The notes under the pieces are model-generated. The model ran no database searches. It was given only the letters and a program-made list of their open reading frames with translations, and was not told the DNA's origin. A stretch of DNA of 62,341 nucleotides from Peribolospora baueri (lineage: Eukaryota), in assembly GCA_029717555.1 (NCBI GenBank), contig JAMDHS010000112.1:1-62341 (forward strand), in the 5' to 3' direction. Positions 27,706 to 41,095 of this stretch are shown here, one piece after another; positions within the stretch are counted from its first letter, which is position 1, and each line of letters begins with the position of its first letter. The translations under genes and the position numbers were made by a program.

Positions 27706-30700
27706 GCCGAGAGCGAGTGCAGAGAGCTAGCTGTGGAGGAAACGATGGCGGGGGTGTGCGTGGCGTAGTCGAACGGGGGCGCTGAGGCGAAGCGACAAGC
27801 AGCGAGAGGGGACATCCATCCTCGCTGCTTGCCTCGAACGGTGCGGGAGCAAGACGCGTTGCTCTCCCCGCCCTCTCCACACCTGCTTGCTGTCCGGAGC
27901 TCGGACCGGCGAACGGACCGCGGACGGTCGATCCAGCACAGCACATGCCGGTTTTCCGGCGTAAGAAGGGCGATCCTCGCTAGGAGGCGGTCCCGTCGTC
28001 GCGACGTCATATCGTTCATTGTGACAACGGCCTTGCTCATCACGGACGACCTGGGCCGCGTTGCGTGCCCGCACGAGCGTGGCTAGGCACCGTAGTCTGG
28101 TCTAGTCGTCTTCTTTCTTCTTTGTCGTCCGCCCACGAGCTCGCTCGTATATATGAGATGTGAGGGCCTCGTGTCATCTCGACAAGCCAAAGAAGGGCCG
28201 CCTCCCACACCAGCCGCGACCTATAGCGTCCCACGTACATAGTCTATCAGGACGCGCGCTGGCCCCCTGCAACAGAAAAGAGAGAGCGAGAGAGAGAGAG
28301 GCGTCGCGCGCTTTCTCCACCTCGTTCCAGCGCCGGTCAAAGCCGAGCAGATCGTGTGGGGAAGGCAGGCTGCCCGCGACCCGTACGACTCCTGCGTGTG
28401 GAGGAAGTGGAGGATGTCCGCATCGTTCCTCACCGGTGGCACGGCGAACGTCGCCTATTCTATTCTCCGCGGCAGCGGCTAGCCGCCGTATGTACCGCAG
28501 TTAGCCGCCTACTCGTCCCCGTAGGCGGCCAGGCGACGGCGTCGTCGTCGTGGTCGTCGTACACAGATAGCAGCGGCGTAGGCACCTAGGAGGTGTGCTT
28601 GCCATCGACGGGGCCGTCTACAGTGGCCGGATTTCTTTTTTCAGCGCGAAAAAGGGAGGAGACACGCAGGTCGCGTCTTCGTCTCACACTCTGCACTTGC
28701 GACTGCTTGCACGAGCTGTCCATTGAGAACCAAGTCGGCGTTCCAAGACCTCGCTCATCCTCTTCTCGGGCCCCCCGCCGATCCTCGGTCCTACTTTCCT
28801 AACAGAGGTGGGTGGGGTGGCTGACATGGCCTCTGATCGCCCTGCATGAGGCGAGAGAAGAGAACCGATTCGCGCTTGTCTGATCCACCCAGATCGTCCG
28901 TCTCCCATCACCGCGCGCTGAGTTGCGAGCCGCTGAGGAAGACGTGATGACGTGCGCGATGGATGGCGTGGATGAGCGGTGATGAGACCGGCTGGCTTCA
29001 TTTACCTGCGTTGAGAGCCGCTTTGTCCTCCGTCGTCTGCCCTAGACGAGAAGGACGCAAGCCAAGCGAGCGTTTTCTACTCACGGTCCCACCGGACGTC
29101 GGCCTACCGCGCGCCGACGGTGGTCGTGCGTGATCTAAGCGTCGTCGCCTGAGCTAGGTCGGCGACGGTGGTCGCCTGCCTGCCGTCGACTTCCGACGTC
29201 GTTCGGCGTCCACACGAATCGATTATTCATTCCGTTCCTGCCCGCTCCCTCCCGCTCGCCGACCGGTCGGCGGCGGCACGGCACGTCCTTCTTTGTCCCG
29301 TCCGGCAAGCCCGTCGCCGGCGTCATGTCAGCATCCACGTGGTTGACGGGGAAGGACGTCTCCGTCGGCGAGCACCTTGGACCGCCAATGCGGTCGACGG
29401 ACGGCCGGCGTCTTAACGTCGAGCGGGGACGTCGACGTCTTTCTTTCCCTCATTCCGCTTTCGTGTGTACCTGCCTTGCCTCCTTCATTCTTCGATCGCC
29501 GTCTGAGACGGAGGCAAGGGCACCGACCACGTGAGGAATGAGAGAGGAGGCGTCGACGGTTTATTATTATCTGCTTCCCTTTCGTTTGTTTGCCGTCCAT
29601 CCAACAGTCCATCCAATCATCCAATAAACCATCCATCTATCTATCTAGCCATCCATCGAACAATGCCACGCCGTCGTGGTTGTAATCAATCATGTTTCTG
29701 GCCTGCATGCCTCCGTCGATCCTCTCTCATTTCGTTTGCGATTTGCCCGATCGATCGATTACTTACATCCGCTGGGTCGTGGCCAGCCCGGTGGGCCGGG
29801 CTTGGCTTGGCTCGCATCATAATCCTGTCAGGATATGTCATGCCGCGCCCGGGTTCGGGATCGGTTGGGCAAAGCTTGGCGACGGAACGAGGTCGAGATC
29901 GGCGACTCCAGTGTTGCTTGCTAGCAAGTCTCGGCATGGTTGTTGACGGGCCGTCCGTCCGTCCCGGACGTCCGTCTGTTACGCGCCGACCCGATGTGGC
30001 CCGGGCTGGTGTAGTCGGGGCAGCGCGGCGTTGCGGGTGTCCGTCCGTTGGGCTCTTGTTCGCCGGGTGCTGACGTCAGCAGCGGGCCGGGAGAGATGTG
30101 GTGCCGCTGCGAAGGCCGATCATCGGATGTGTTGTGGGGAAGACGAAGTACGGCGACTTATTAGGCCAGATGAAGGTGGCGCGCACCGACGAGCTACGCA
30201 AGCGACGGCGATGGCGAGCCAGCCTGCGTCCACGCGCTGCGTAATTCAACCGAAGCGGATGCGGGTCCGCCAGCGAGAGCGACAGTCGTCGTCGCCGTCG
30301 CCGTAGCCGGACGAGGTCGGGCGGGCGAGACGAGACGAGGCGAGGCAAGATGAACGACTCGACGTGACACGAAGGACATGACACGAACGACGGGCGGAGG
30401 CCGGCGGCGGCCTCAGGTCAGGGCCGGACTCGCCGTTTCAAGAAGGCATCCATCATCGAACAAGGAAGGAAGAAAAGAAGGCACACCCGACGGACGACTG
30501 ACTGACTGCTGGCTGCCGTGTGGGAAAAGGAAGCCTGACGAATCCTTCCATCCCATCCGTTTCATACACGCAAGACAGAGTGGACCCGGTCGTACGCGAT
30601 GGATTGGCTTCCCTTTCGCTCGCCGTCTATCTATCTCTCTGTGCAAGCCTTGGCCATCCTCGCTCCTCGCTGGATCATCATCGATCATCTTCCGTTGATT

Positions 30701-30956
30701 CTCCTCGGTTCGCCTTGTGATGACGGCGCGACGACCGCCACGGCCACGGTCGGGTCGAGCATACTTATTTCGCCCGGCCAGTCGCCCCACCGCCCATGTA
30801 CCTCGTCTCTTGCTTCCCACCCATCCTCCCTCCTACTTCTCCCGACCCACGCCACGCAGCTCGCCGTGCCCCACCCAGTCGATCACCGGCCCTCCCTCCA
30901 CCTGCGACTACTTAAACCCTCGCTAGCCCCTGCCCCGCTCCCTCTTCCTTCCCACC

Positions 30957-32668
30957 ATGATCCGCAGCTCCCTCCTTCGCACCCTCCCTACTACTCTTCG
31001 CCCCACCGCACCCTCGCTCGCCCACTCCAAACCCAGACTCTTCTCTACCTCCCAGCCCAACATGGTCAAGGTCGTTGCCGTTCTCTACAGTGGTGGCAAG
31101 GCCGCCAAGTGAGTCCAGTCCCGTAACTCCTCCACCTTTCCCTCTCCCGCCATCCCTCGTCGCCGCCTGCCAGCGACCCTGAACGCTCGCTCATCCCACT
31201 CGACCCTTTTCCTCCCTCTTTTCACTGCGTCCCCCCTCCCCCAGGGAAGAGCCTCGCCTCCTCGGCACCATCGAGAACCAGCTCGGCATCGCCGACTGGC
31301 TCAAGCAGCAGGGCCACGAGTTCATCGTCACCGATGACAAGGAGGGCCCCAACTCGGTCTTCCAGAAGGAGGTCGTCGACGCTGGTGAGTGCCGCACGCC
31401 CGCCGGTGCCACCCTCCGTCTTTACCCCCCGACCGTCGATCTCGGAGTCTGATCGCATTGCGCTGCTTCCGCCTCCCCTCCACAGACGTCCTCATCACCA
31501 CCCCCTTCCACCCCGGCTACCTCACCCGCGAGCTGATCCAGAAGACGAAGAACCTCAAGCTGGCTGTCACCGCCGGTGTGGGCTCCGACCACATCGACCT
31601 CAACGCTGCCAACGAGAAGAACATCACCGTCGCTGAGGTGTCCGGCTCCAACGTCGTCTCCGTCGCCGAGCACGTCATGATGAACATCCTCCTCCTCGTC
31701 CGCAACTTCGTCCCCGCTCACGAGCAGATCGAGAGGGGTGACTGGAACGTGGCCGAGGTCGCCAGGGACGCTTACGACCTCGAGGGCAAGGGTGAGTACC
31801 TACCTCACTGGCCTTAGACGGACTGGGCAACGTGTATGCGAACGTCGGCGTCCGCTGACCTGACGTGTGTGTCGCAGTCATCGGCACGATCGGTGCCGGC
31901 CGTATTGGCCAGCGTGTCCTCCACCGCCTCAAGCCCTTCAACCCCAAGGAGCTCATCTACTACGACTACAACGCCCTCCCCGCCAACGTTGAGAAGGAGA
32001 TTGGCGTCCGCCGCGTCACCGATCTCAAGGATTTCCTCGGCCAGGTCGACGTCCTCACCGTCAACTGCCCGCTCCACGAGCAGACCCACCACCTCATCAA
32101 CAAGGACACCATCAAGCACCTCAAGAAGGGCTCTTGGATTGTCAACACCGGTCCGTGTCGCACACCTCTTCCTCCCACCGCTCTTATGGCCTCTTTATGT
32201 CTACCCGCTTTGGCTGACTCCCTATCGGCTGCCTTCATTATCCCTCTCTTCCAGCTCGTGGCGCCATCTGCGAGGCCGACGCGATCGCAGAGGCTCTCAA
32301 GTCTGGCCAGATCCGTGGCTACGCCGGTGACGTTTGGAACAAGCAGCCGGCACCCAAGGACCACCCGTGGAGGACGATGAAGAACATCCACGGTGGTGGT
32401 AACGGCATGGTTGCTCACTACTCTGGCACCACCCTCGACGCCCAGAGGCGGTACGCCGAGGGTACCAAGGATATCTTGGACCGCTGGTTCAAGGGCCAGG
32501 CCCAGGACGCTCAGAACGTGCGTTTTTCTTCGGATCACTCGTTTCATTCTATCTGGCCGAAGTGGACCGCAGACGCTGACTTACCCATGACGCCGTTCTG
32601 TGCCCTCATCTGAACAGATCATCGTTGACGGCGGCAAGTACGCCACCAAGAACTACGGCCAGCGCTAA
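30957..32668 (+). CDS. FDH1: NAD-dependent formate dehydrogenase, with an in-frame 35-aa N-terminal extension (second ATG at 31062)
   Basis: [105 protein letters not shown] stop. Confidence 0.97.
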
Positions 32669-33522
32669 GTCAGTCTATCCGGCCCAACCCGTCTTGCGCG
32701 CGCGAAGGATCCATCCTGCTTTCCTCTTTCTTCTTCCTCGCCGTTTCCTTGTTGTATGACGTAGGGTCGAAAGATGAAGATGAATGTTCAGGAATAATCG
32801 GGTGCTTTGGAGAAGGGAATGAGAATAAATCAATTGCTATACTATTCGACCGGTTGTCGATTGCCTGGCCCGTGCGTTTCCATGTCACGTGCAGTCACTC
32901 GTCTGTGTACACATAAAGCGCATTGCAGCAGTGCACGTGCCAATTGAATGGTTACTGGCTTCTGTTTGCGCCATTCGACAAGCGTCGTGAGTCAAGTCGT
33001 CTTGCCTAGAACCTCGTCTCACAAATTTCACAACTACACCGTGATGCGATTGGATGAGCCTTTAAAGTGCCCGTAACGGATGCTGTTGAGCTTCTCGAAA
33101 AACTCGACAGCACGGACGACAGGGTGAGTGAGCAAGGATGATCATCTCTGGCAGCGAGTGCACGGGTCTAAAAAGCCCACCCCGGTCCTACCGCCCGCGC
33201 GTCCGAGCCGCCCACGGCCTTGCTATCGGGCAAGAGAGAGGAACGAGCAGGGAAAGAGGAGATGGGGAGCACTATGCCGTGGGGAGAACGGAGCGAAGGA
33301 CAGGAAGGACGACGGGCGAAGGGGGCGAAGAAACCAGGGAACCGGACTGAGATCGACAGCTGCCGCAGCAGGAGCCAATTTGCTGCTGGCGACCGGACCG
33401 GGTTGAGAGGGTCGCGAAGACTGTGGTGGGTGGTGAAATGGCTTCCCTACCTCCATCTCCTCCCCATCCAGTTGTCTTCCTCGGCTGCTCAGGCGCCGGT
33501 TCCTGCAGGAGGTTGGCCAGAG

Positions 33523-35869
33523 ATGACTGGCTCGATGCGTCCAAGCTCGTCGCCCACGTCGCCCGCCTTGTCACTCCCAGATGGGGGGCGTCGTATCTCC
33601 AAGCTTGTCCTTTCCTCTGTCTTCGTCCTCACCACCGCCCTCTCCCTCCCACTCGTCCTTCTCCCCTTCCTCTCCCCCCACTCCAACCTGCCTCCACCTT
33701 TCTCGCTCCTCTTTTCCTCTATCCTCTCCCACTTTCCCAAACTCCCACCTCCCCCCGAATGGCTCGTAAATCTCGACGCCCGCCTGCCAGGACTGTGCCC
33801 GGCGATCGGCTTCTCGGTGCTCGCCGCTTGGGCCACCGGCCTCCTCATCCCGATTCTGGGGCAGACGTTTAAAGAGGCCGGGTTCAAGGGCAAGGATTTG
33901 CTGAAGAAGGAAATGAAGGAAATGTGCGTCGAACGAACTTGATTTCCCCCCCGACGGCGGATCGAGCTTTCTCAAGAAGCGATTTTGTGACAGACTGTTC
34001 GCTCGTCTTTTGCTTTTTCTTTCTTTCTTTCATTCTTTCTCTCTCGGTTTTCTTTACAGTCCCGAATCGATGGGAACGGTGGCTGCGTCGGTGTATCTGC
34101 TCCTCCTCTTTATCTTTGTTCCCTTCCGTTACTTCGGCTCCTTCTCCTCCTCCCTAGACCCGGACTCGTCTCCCCGCTATCTCACCTCTTCCTTTGAATC
34201 GTTGAGCCGATCTCCGGCCATGGCGGCCGTCCAAGGGCTCGGAGCAAGGCCAACAGGTGCCGCGGGAGAGACAATCAACAGCTTGCTTTCCGGCCTCGGA
34301 GTCGGGGTGCATGACGGAGATCCGACCTGGGAAGGAAGGATGGGCGGCCGCGGAGGTTTCCCTCATCATGAGGTGGGTAGCCGTTCGCCTGCTGCTCAAT
34401 CCTCTGGCTCTTTCTAAAGCTCATAGATTACTTTTTTTTGCCTTCTGTCTTCCTTCTCGTCATGTTCCGCGGTCACAGCTTGCCTCCTTCCTCTCGAGCC
34501 TCCTCTCGCTGCTTACCGCCACCTTCCTGGGCTTTCTTGATGACACCTTTGACATCCGATGGAGGTACAAGCTACCCATCCCCATCGTCGCCTCTGTGCC
34601 CCTTCTCGTCGTCTATTATGCCGGAATGGGCGGCACGCACGTCGTCATGCCCAACTTTGTCCGTGCATGGGTGGGAAGGGTGATCGATCTCGGTCAGTCC
34701 TCAGTCATTCATTGATCCTCCGCGCCGTGCCCCATCCAACTTCTTCTTACCGGCCTTTCACCTCGCTCTTGCGTGCACTAGGCCCGTTTTACTATTTCTA
34801 CATGGCCCTCCTCTCCACATTTTGTACCAACAGCATCAACATCCTCGCCGGTATTAACGGCGTCGAGGTCGGCCAGACTCTCGTCATCGCCCTCTCCGTT
34901 GCTCTCAATGACCTGCTCAACCTCGATTTGATCGGCGGGAAAAGTGTCACTGGCGAGGCCGTACGACGACATTTGTTCAGTCTATACTTTGTGATGCCCC
35001 TTATCGGAGTCTGTCTGGGTTTGCTATGGCATAACCAGTGAGCTCGTTCCCTACAGGTGTCCCAGTCTTCTTTTCCCGTCTTTCTAACTCGTCCCGTGCC
35101 GTCCACCCTACTCCAACACGCTCACAGCTATCCGGCTCGCGTTTTCCCCGGCGACACTTTCTGCTATTTTGCTGGAATGGCCTTCGCCGTGGTGGCCATC
35201 CTTGGCCACTTCTCAAAGACCATTCTCCTCTTCTTCCTGCCACAAATATTCAACTTTCTCCTCAGCGCGCCTCAGCTGTTCGGCATCGTCGAGTGCCCGA
35301 GACACCGATTGCCCAGGTAGGTGAACGGGTTAACGGCTCGACGATGATGAAAGATCGAAGCTGACGGTCTTGCTTCATTTCACACGAATTGCAGACTGGA
35401 CCCGTCGACAGGCCTCCTCCAACCTTCTCTCGTTTATTTCGAACGCCCGCCGTCCCGCCTCACCTCGTCCACGCTTACCCTCTTTTCCGCCCTCGGTCTC
35501 GTGCGTCTTGAGCGGCTGGGCGCCCCGTCGTCGGCGTCCACGGGCAATCCCTCAGTCCCTGGCAGCAGCACTGCCACGAACAGAGGTCTGGCGAATTCGA
35601 ACAGCTTTGCGAACGGCGAGGCGTACACCAAGCCAAACTCAGCAAAGCGGGATGGCGCCGCCAAGTTGCCTCCAGCCGGCGGTCGAGGACGAGGCGTGAT
35701 CCTCTCTTCGACCAACTTGACGATCATCAACTTTGCCCTCGTACGACTAGGACCCATGCGCGAACCCATGCTTTTCGCTGCCATCATGGCCCTCCAAGTG
35801 TTCGGCACCGTCGTGGCTTTCGGCGTGAGATACGGGCTCGCGGGGTGGGTTTACAGCTATAGCTCATAA
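33523..35869 (+). CDS. ALG7: UDP-GlcNAc:dolichyl-phosphate GlcNAc-1-phosphate transferase (DPAGT1/GPT)
   Basis: [103 protein letters not shown]. Start codon is a best guess. Confidence 0.95.
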
Positions 35870-35986
35870 TGAAACATCAGCTTTCGTCGAGCTCTTGGGG
35901 CCCCATTAGTGAAATTCGTTGTAGTGTTACACGGAGAAGGACCTTCGACTCGCAGCGCCAGGGTATACCCCGCCACCGCTTCCCCT

Positions 35987-38495
35987 TCAGTGATCCACAT
36001 GCAGCTCGCGACCCATGACCAGCTTGGCCTCCGCTTCGTCCGCCAGCTCTTCTGTCTCGTCATGGTTGTCAGACGGATGGAAGCTGCCAGAAGGCGTTCG
36101 TGACAAGCGCTTTTCGTCAAAGGCGGCGGTGTCGGCATCCGTCCAGAATGTGTAGGAGCTGGTACAGTCCAATGCGAGTGCACAGATGAGCAGACGTCCT
36201 GCCGCACGCACCTGACCCAGCAAGGACTGATCCTGACTTACGTCTTGGTGACCTGATAAGCCCCAGGCCGGATTTCCACCAACTCGCCTTGCTGGATCTC
36301 CACCTTTGGAATCTCCGAGGGTACGGTGCCAGTAAGGTAGGCGATGAGGCAACGCAGTACGCTCGCGTGACCGATGATCAGAAGGTCATCCTGTTCTCGT
36401 TCGATCTCGCAAATCACGGGCTCGAGGCGGACGGAGAGGTCGTGATAGGACTCGGCGCGGGGATAACGATGGGAGTATGGCTATGAGGATGGGACAGTGG
36501 CGCGAGTTAGAACCTTAAAGAGGTTTAGGGAAGCAGGTTTGGGGAGGGCAAAAGGGACGACCAACCTCCTGCAGCTTGCGGGCCCATTCGTCCGGATACC
36601 GCGCCTTGATCGCCTCCTCACTCATCCCGTCAACGACACCCGGGTTGATCTCGCTCAGCTGGCTGCGCTGAATCACCCGGTAACCCGCGGCCCGGAATGG
36701 CAAGGCTGAATTGTGCGAGCGTCGACGTGTAGAGGTCCAAACCTAGCCGAGTCGTTCAAAGTTGAGGCACATAAGTCCACGATAGCGATGAGCTCGACGC
36801 GCCCGAAAAAAAGTAAGAACTCACTGTCAGGCGTCTGACCTCCGGCACAGAGCTGTCGAGCTCGTCCCCGGCCTTTTTGGCAGCCGTTTTGCGATGCTCG
36901 ATGAGGAAGTCTTTCAGCCGTTCGGCATAAGCTTTTCCAACCGGCGATAGATCCGCGTCGGCCTAAGTTGGGGACACATTAAGATGGGTCATAAGCTTCC
37001 GTATTCCGGCTGAGCATAAGAGTCGAGCACCGACCTTGTAGAGGTGCTCAATAGTCGCCTTTCCGGCCTGCATGGCACATGAGGATGAACGGATTAGCGA
37101 CAGACTTCCAGCTCCGGGCAAAGCAGTCTCACCCTGGCAAAATAGATGGTTCGGGCCTTATTATGGATGTTCATGAGGAAGAAAGCGACTCTAGACTGGA
37201 AGCACAAAAAATGCAGAGAGAAACTTTACGTCACGACTGTGTATTGCACGGGCGCCTTATAGGACAACAGGCAGCATACCTGCAGATAGCCTTGTATGTT
37301 GTTGACGATGATTTGCTCGCCCACCTGATGATTCAAAATGCCGACCGTGAACGGGAGGGCTCGTCTACCCTTCAATGAACGAGACCAAGCACGCACATTG
37401 ACCACCTTGATGTAAGGAAAGCTGGGATTCTCGATGGGCTCGTAGTACTTCTCGTGCCCCTTGATGCGTGTCCAATAATCCGCTACTGCTTTCTCTGGAT
37501 CCCAACCGACGTACTGCACAAGACGATGTATACACGGCATTTCAAAAGGCGGAATGCATCAGACCGATCGATAGACGCCGCGGCCACTCACGTCCGGGCT
37601 TGAAATCTTGACGCTTCTGATATTTGTTTCGATGATCGCCTGATCGTCACATATGGATTCTGAGCACGCACCGCCGGGTGGGAAGCAGGGTGAGGCCTTT
37701 TTCTTGAGGCTAGCCGCAGGCGCGACTCACCTAGGAACATGACATGGACTCCCATCTTCCCATATCTCTCCCGAAGCCTGTACCTCGTACTCTGCAAGCC
37801 ATTGTTCGCATCGTATATGACTAACTGCCCGCCGTCCAAAAAAAACTTCTCCACTTGGGCGTCCAATCCGTCCTATAGAAGCAAATGAAACGCGCAGACC
37901 AAGTTGAGCGCATAAGATAGCATAGCACGGAGCAATGAACGTACCTGGATCTTCTTGCGGAGAGCGATCGTCTGCTCCGACTTGGGACCTGTGCAGCAGG
38001 CGCGGGCGCGGCGACTGACGTTTAGGGGCCATGAAAGATTGCGAGGCCCAGGGGGCAAGAACAGATCCATCGTCCTTAGCTCACCACTCTTAAAGTAGTC
38101 AGACGGCACGGACTCCGCGCCGCCCAGGGCCTTCCTGCGATAGTCTCCAAGGGAGAGCACGGCACACTTGACGCCGATCCATTTGAGATAGCGTTCCAGG
38201 GAGTGGCTCATGTGAGTCTTGCCACGAGCCGGCAACCCGACTGTAACAAGCAAGATCTTTCCAGCATGGTAGAGCTACGCGTGATGGGAATAAGAGGTCA
38301 TGAGCTGAGAGGCCAGGTAGGGCAGGCAAACCCCACTCGTCTTGAGCTGGCTGATCTCTCTCACCTGCCCGGACTGGGTTTGATAGAGTGGTGCGGCCCT
38401 GATCAACGACCGAGGAAGATTCAGTAACGACCGCACAGGTCCTCTCAGCATTTCATCCCGACAGCCATGGACGCGAGAGAGCCCAGCGCTCACAT
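35987..38495 (-). CDS. 6-phosphofructo-2-kinase/fructose-2,6-bisphosphatase family protein (YLR345W-like; phosphatase His replaced)
   Basis: [118 protein letters not shown]. Confidence 0.92.
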
Positions 38496-38750
38496 GCTCT
38501 TTCCTGAACGACGTTCCTGGAGGGTGTGAGTGTGGGTGTGTCGCGACAGTGGTACCCGAGTTCGATCGAGGACGGAGGCACACTGGCTGCCGCAGCATTT
38601 GAGACGGAGAACAGCGGGGGTTGCACCCAACGGCTGTGCCTGCAAGAACTTCTTACGTCCACCCACTTTGACTACTTCGACTGCTTCGTCTCCCTCACCC
38701 GTATATCGACTGACCACTCGCGCAAGAGGGCCCACAGCAAAGCTGCGGAG

Positions 38751-40292
38751 ATGGCCGGGGTTGCCTCCTCCTCCTCCGTCGTTTCCTCTCTTGCACCGTC
38801 TCTCCCTACCGCCACTGCCTCCGTCGGCAAGGCGCCGTCGGCGGAGCAGCAGGTCGAGTCTGGGCCGTTCGAAGGACCGGAGAAACTTCTCGAGCTCTGG
38901 TTCGCCCCTTCACCCGCAGAGACTGTAGGAAGCGATGGAAGAAAGTACAAGGACGCGACGTCGGCCTTGGAGAAGAGGACGGGACTGAGGATTGTTGCCA
39001 GGGAGGTGTGGGAGGACGTGCTGGATTTGGTCTGCTGCAAGGTCTTAAGCGTCGTGCAAGGCGACGAGCTTGATGCCTTGCTTTTGAGGTGAGCTTTGCA
39101 CGCTTCCAGATCTCTTGATACAGAGATAATGACCACCGTCCTGATGATTATACATCCTCCAGCGAGTCGTCCATGTTCATCTACCCTCACAAGCTCATCC
39201 TCAAAACTTGCGGTACGACCACGCTGCTTCTCGGTCTGCGTCGACTCCTCGAAATTGCTGCAGGAATCTTTGCAAGCACCCCGTCCTTGCCCAAAGATCT
39301 CAATTCGTCGAGTGCCAACGGTGCTTCTGTTGGCCAAGACGGCGATAAGAGCAGTGCGGATCAGGACCGCGCCCTGGGCACTGTTGTCTGGCGCTGTTTC
39401 TACTCTCGCAAAAGCTTTATGTTCCCGGAACGCCAAAAGGGCCCTCACAAAGACTGGATGCTCGAGGTGGCCTCGTTGGACAGGTTCTTTGGTATGTGTC
39501 TTTCTCTCTTTAGAGCTCATTGGGCAGATTGGATACTGATCCGTCGTCGCGTCATCGTACTACTTTCCAGCCGACGGGGCAGCTTACACCGTTGGAAAGA
39601 TGAATGGGGATCACTGGCTGCTGTACATGTCTTCTTCTTCCCCCAGCTCTCCCGGGCGTGACATCGTCCGACTCCCGTCCGAGCCACCCACTTCGCTCCA
39701 CACCACATCGCCCAGCTCGCCATCTCCACAGGACCAGACGCTCGAGATTCTGATGACACATCTTGACCCGAGCGCCTGTTCGCCTTTCTATTTCCCGCCT
39801 TCAAATGGAGAGTCATCTAAGTCGGGCGCCGTCCAGGGTCAGACTCTCTCCTCCCAACTGGACATCACCGGGCTCTTCCCTGACGCGACGCTCGATGCCT
39901 ATGCGTTCGACCCGTGCGGATACTCGGCCAATGCTGCGCTTGGCGAGGGCTATTGGACGATCCACGTCACGCCGGAGGAGCAGTGCTCGTTCGCATCCTT
40001 CGAAACCAACCTTGTCCCATCTTCCGCCTCCGCTGCCGCTGGAGGTCCGGCGGACGTTCGCGCATTGGTCTCTCGCGTGATCGACATCTTCAAGCCCGGT
40101 CGGCTGACCATCACGCTGTTCCTGAGCTGGGAGGAGGGAGAGGAGGAGGGAGAAGTGGAGAAGGGCAACGACTTGCACCGCTTCGGCCTCCAGGGGTACG
40201 TCAGGAAGGATCGGATCGCTTACGAGTTCGAAGGGTACGACCTTGTCTACGTTTGTTTCGAGAAGGAAGGCTTTGTAGCGTCAGAGCGATAG
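38751..40292 (+). CDS. SPE2: S-adenosylmethionine decarboxylase proenzyme
   Basis: [14 protein letters not shown]; spliced [22 protein letters not shown] (self-cleavage site); [55 protein letters not shown]. Confidence 0.97.
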
Positions 40293-40569
40293 TACTCGCT
40301 TCGCTGTGTCGCTGGGATAGACAACATTGGGAAGGAAAAGACTTGCGGGCCACAGTTGCCTGATGACCTCGATACCATCGGCGTTCGTGAGCACGTTGTA
40401 TATAATACCAGAGCGGAGGACAACGAAAACGTTGACCGCCTGTCCGTCTGACAACGTATGGAACTTTGTTGTCGGGGGAACCACGTGCGGAGAAGACTTA
40501 CTCGATCTTCACTCTTTCCTTACCGTGGGGTCGCTCGTTTATTCTCGAGCATGTTCGACCTGCTCCATT

Positions 40570-41095
40570 CTGAGGAATGACAAGAACGCGTACAAATCGT
40601 ACTTGGCCTCGGTATGGAGCAATGCTCTCAAAGAGCGACGCTCCGTTCGCCTCGTTTCATGTGCTCTCATCTTTCTCTCCTCCCTCTACTACGCTGATAT
40701 GTTGCCTCTGTCCTGCCAGTTCAAGTCTTCGTGACGGAGTGAGTGCAGCCTTCTTCGAGCCACGCTACGCGCTAGGTGAGCGTGATGGAAAGACATCGTG
40801 CATTTTGGATTACCACCTCATGTGGAAGCGCTACACGAGCACGTCGAGCGAACCCTCTGGCGGAAAAAGACATGCTTACGGTTCAGACTGCTTCTCTGGG
40901 CACAAGTGCTGGTGCCCTTCTCGGCGATACACCGAAAGCTATCCAACCAGACTGAACATTTGCACGACCCTGGCTCATGACCATGGCCGAGGTGCGATCG
41001 GTAGAATTTGACATATGATGCCGATTACTCTTACGCAGGAGGATGCACACAAGCTATGGAAGCTGAGCGAGGACCTCGTTGGGCAGAAGTTCTGA
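40570..41095 (+). pseudogene. Remnant of a retinol-dehydrogenase-like short-chain dehydrogenase
   Basis: After a CAG acceptor, 41039-41095 reads EDAHKLWKLSEDLVGQKF-stop, a typical C-terminus of this SDR subfamily. Upstream only degraded traces remain, with no GxxxGxG N-terminus. The left boundary is approximate. Confidence 0.55.

Noticed and set aside
28715..28745. SIENQVGV resembling [11 protein letters not shown]
   Set aside because: Too short and with no flanking similarity; likely chance.
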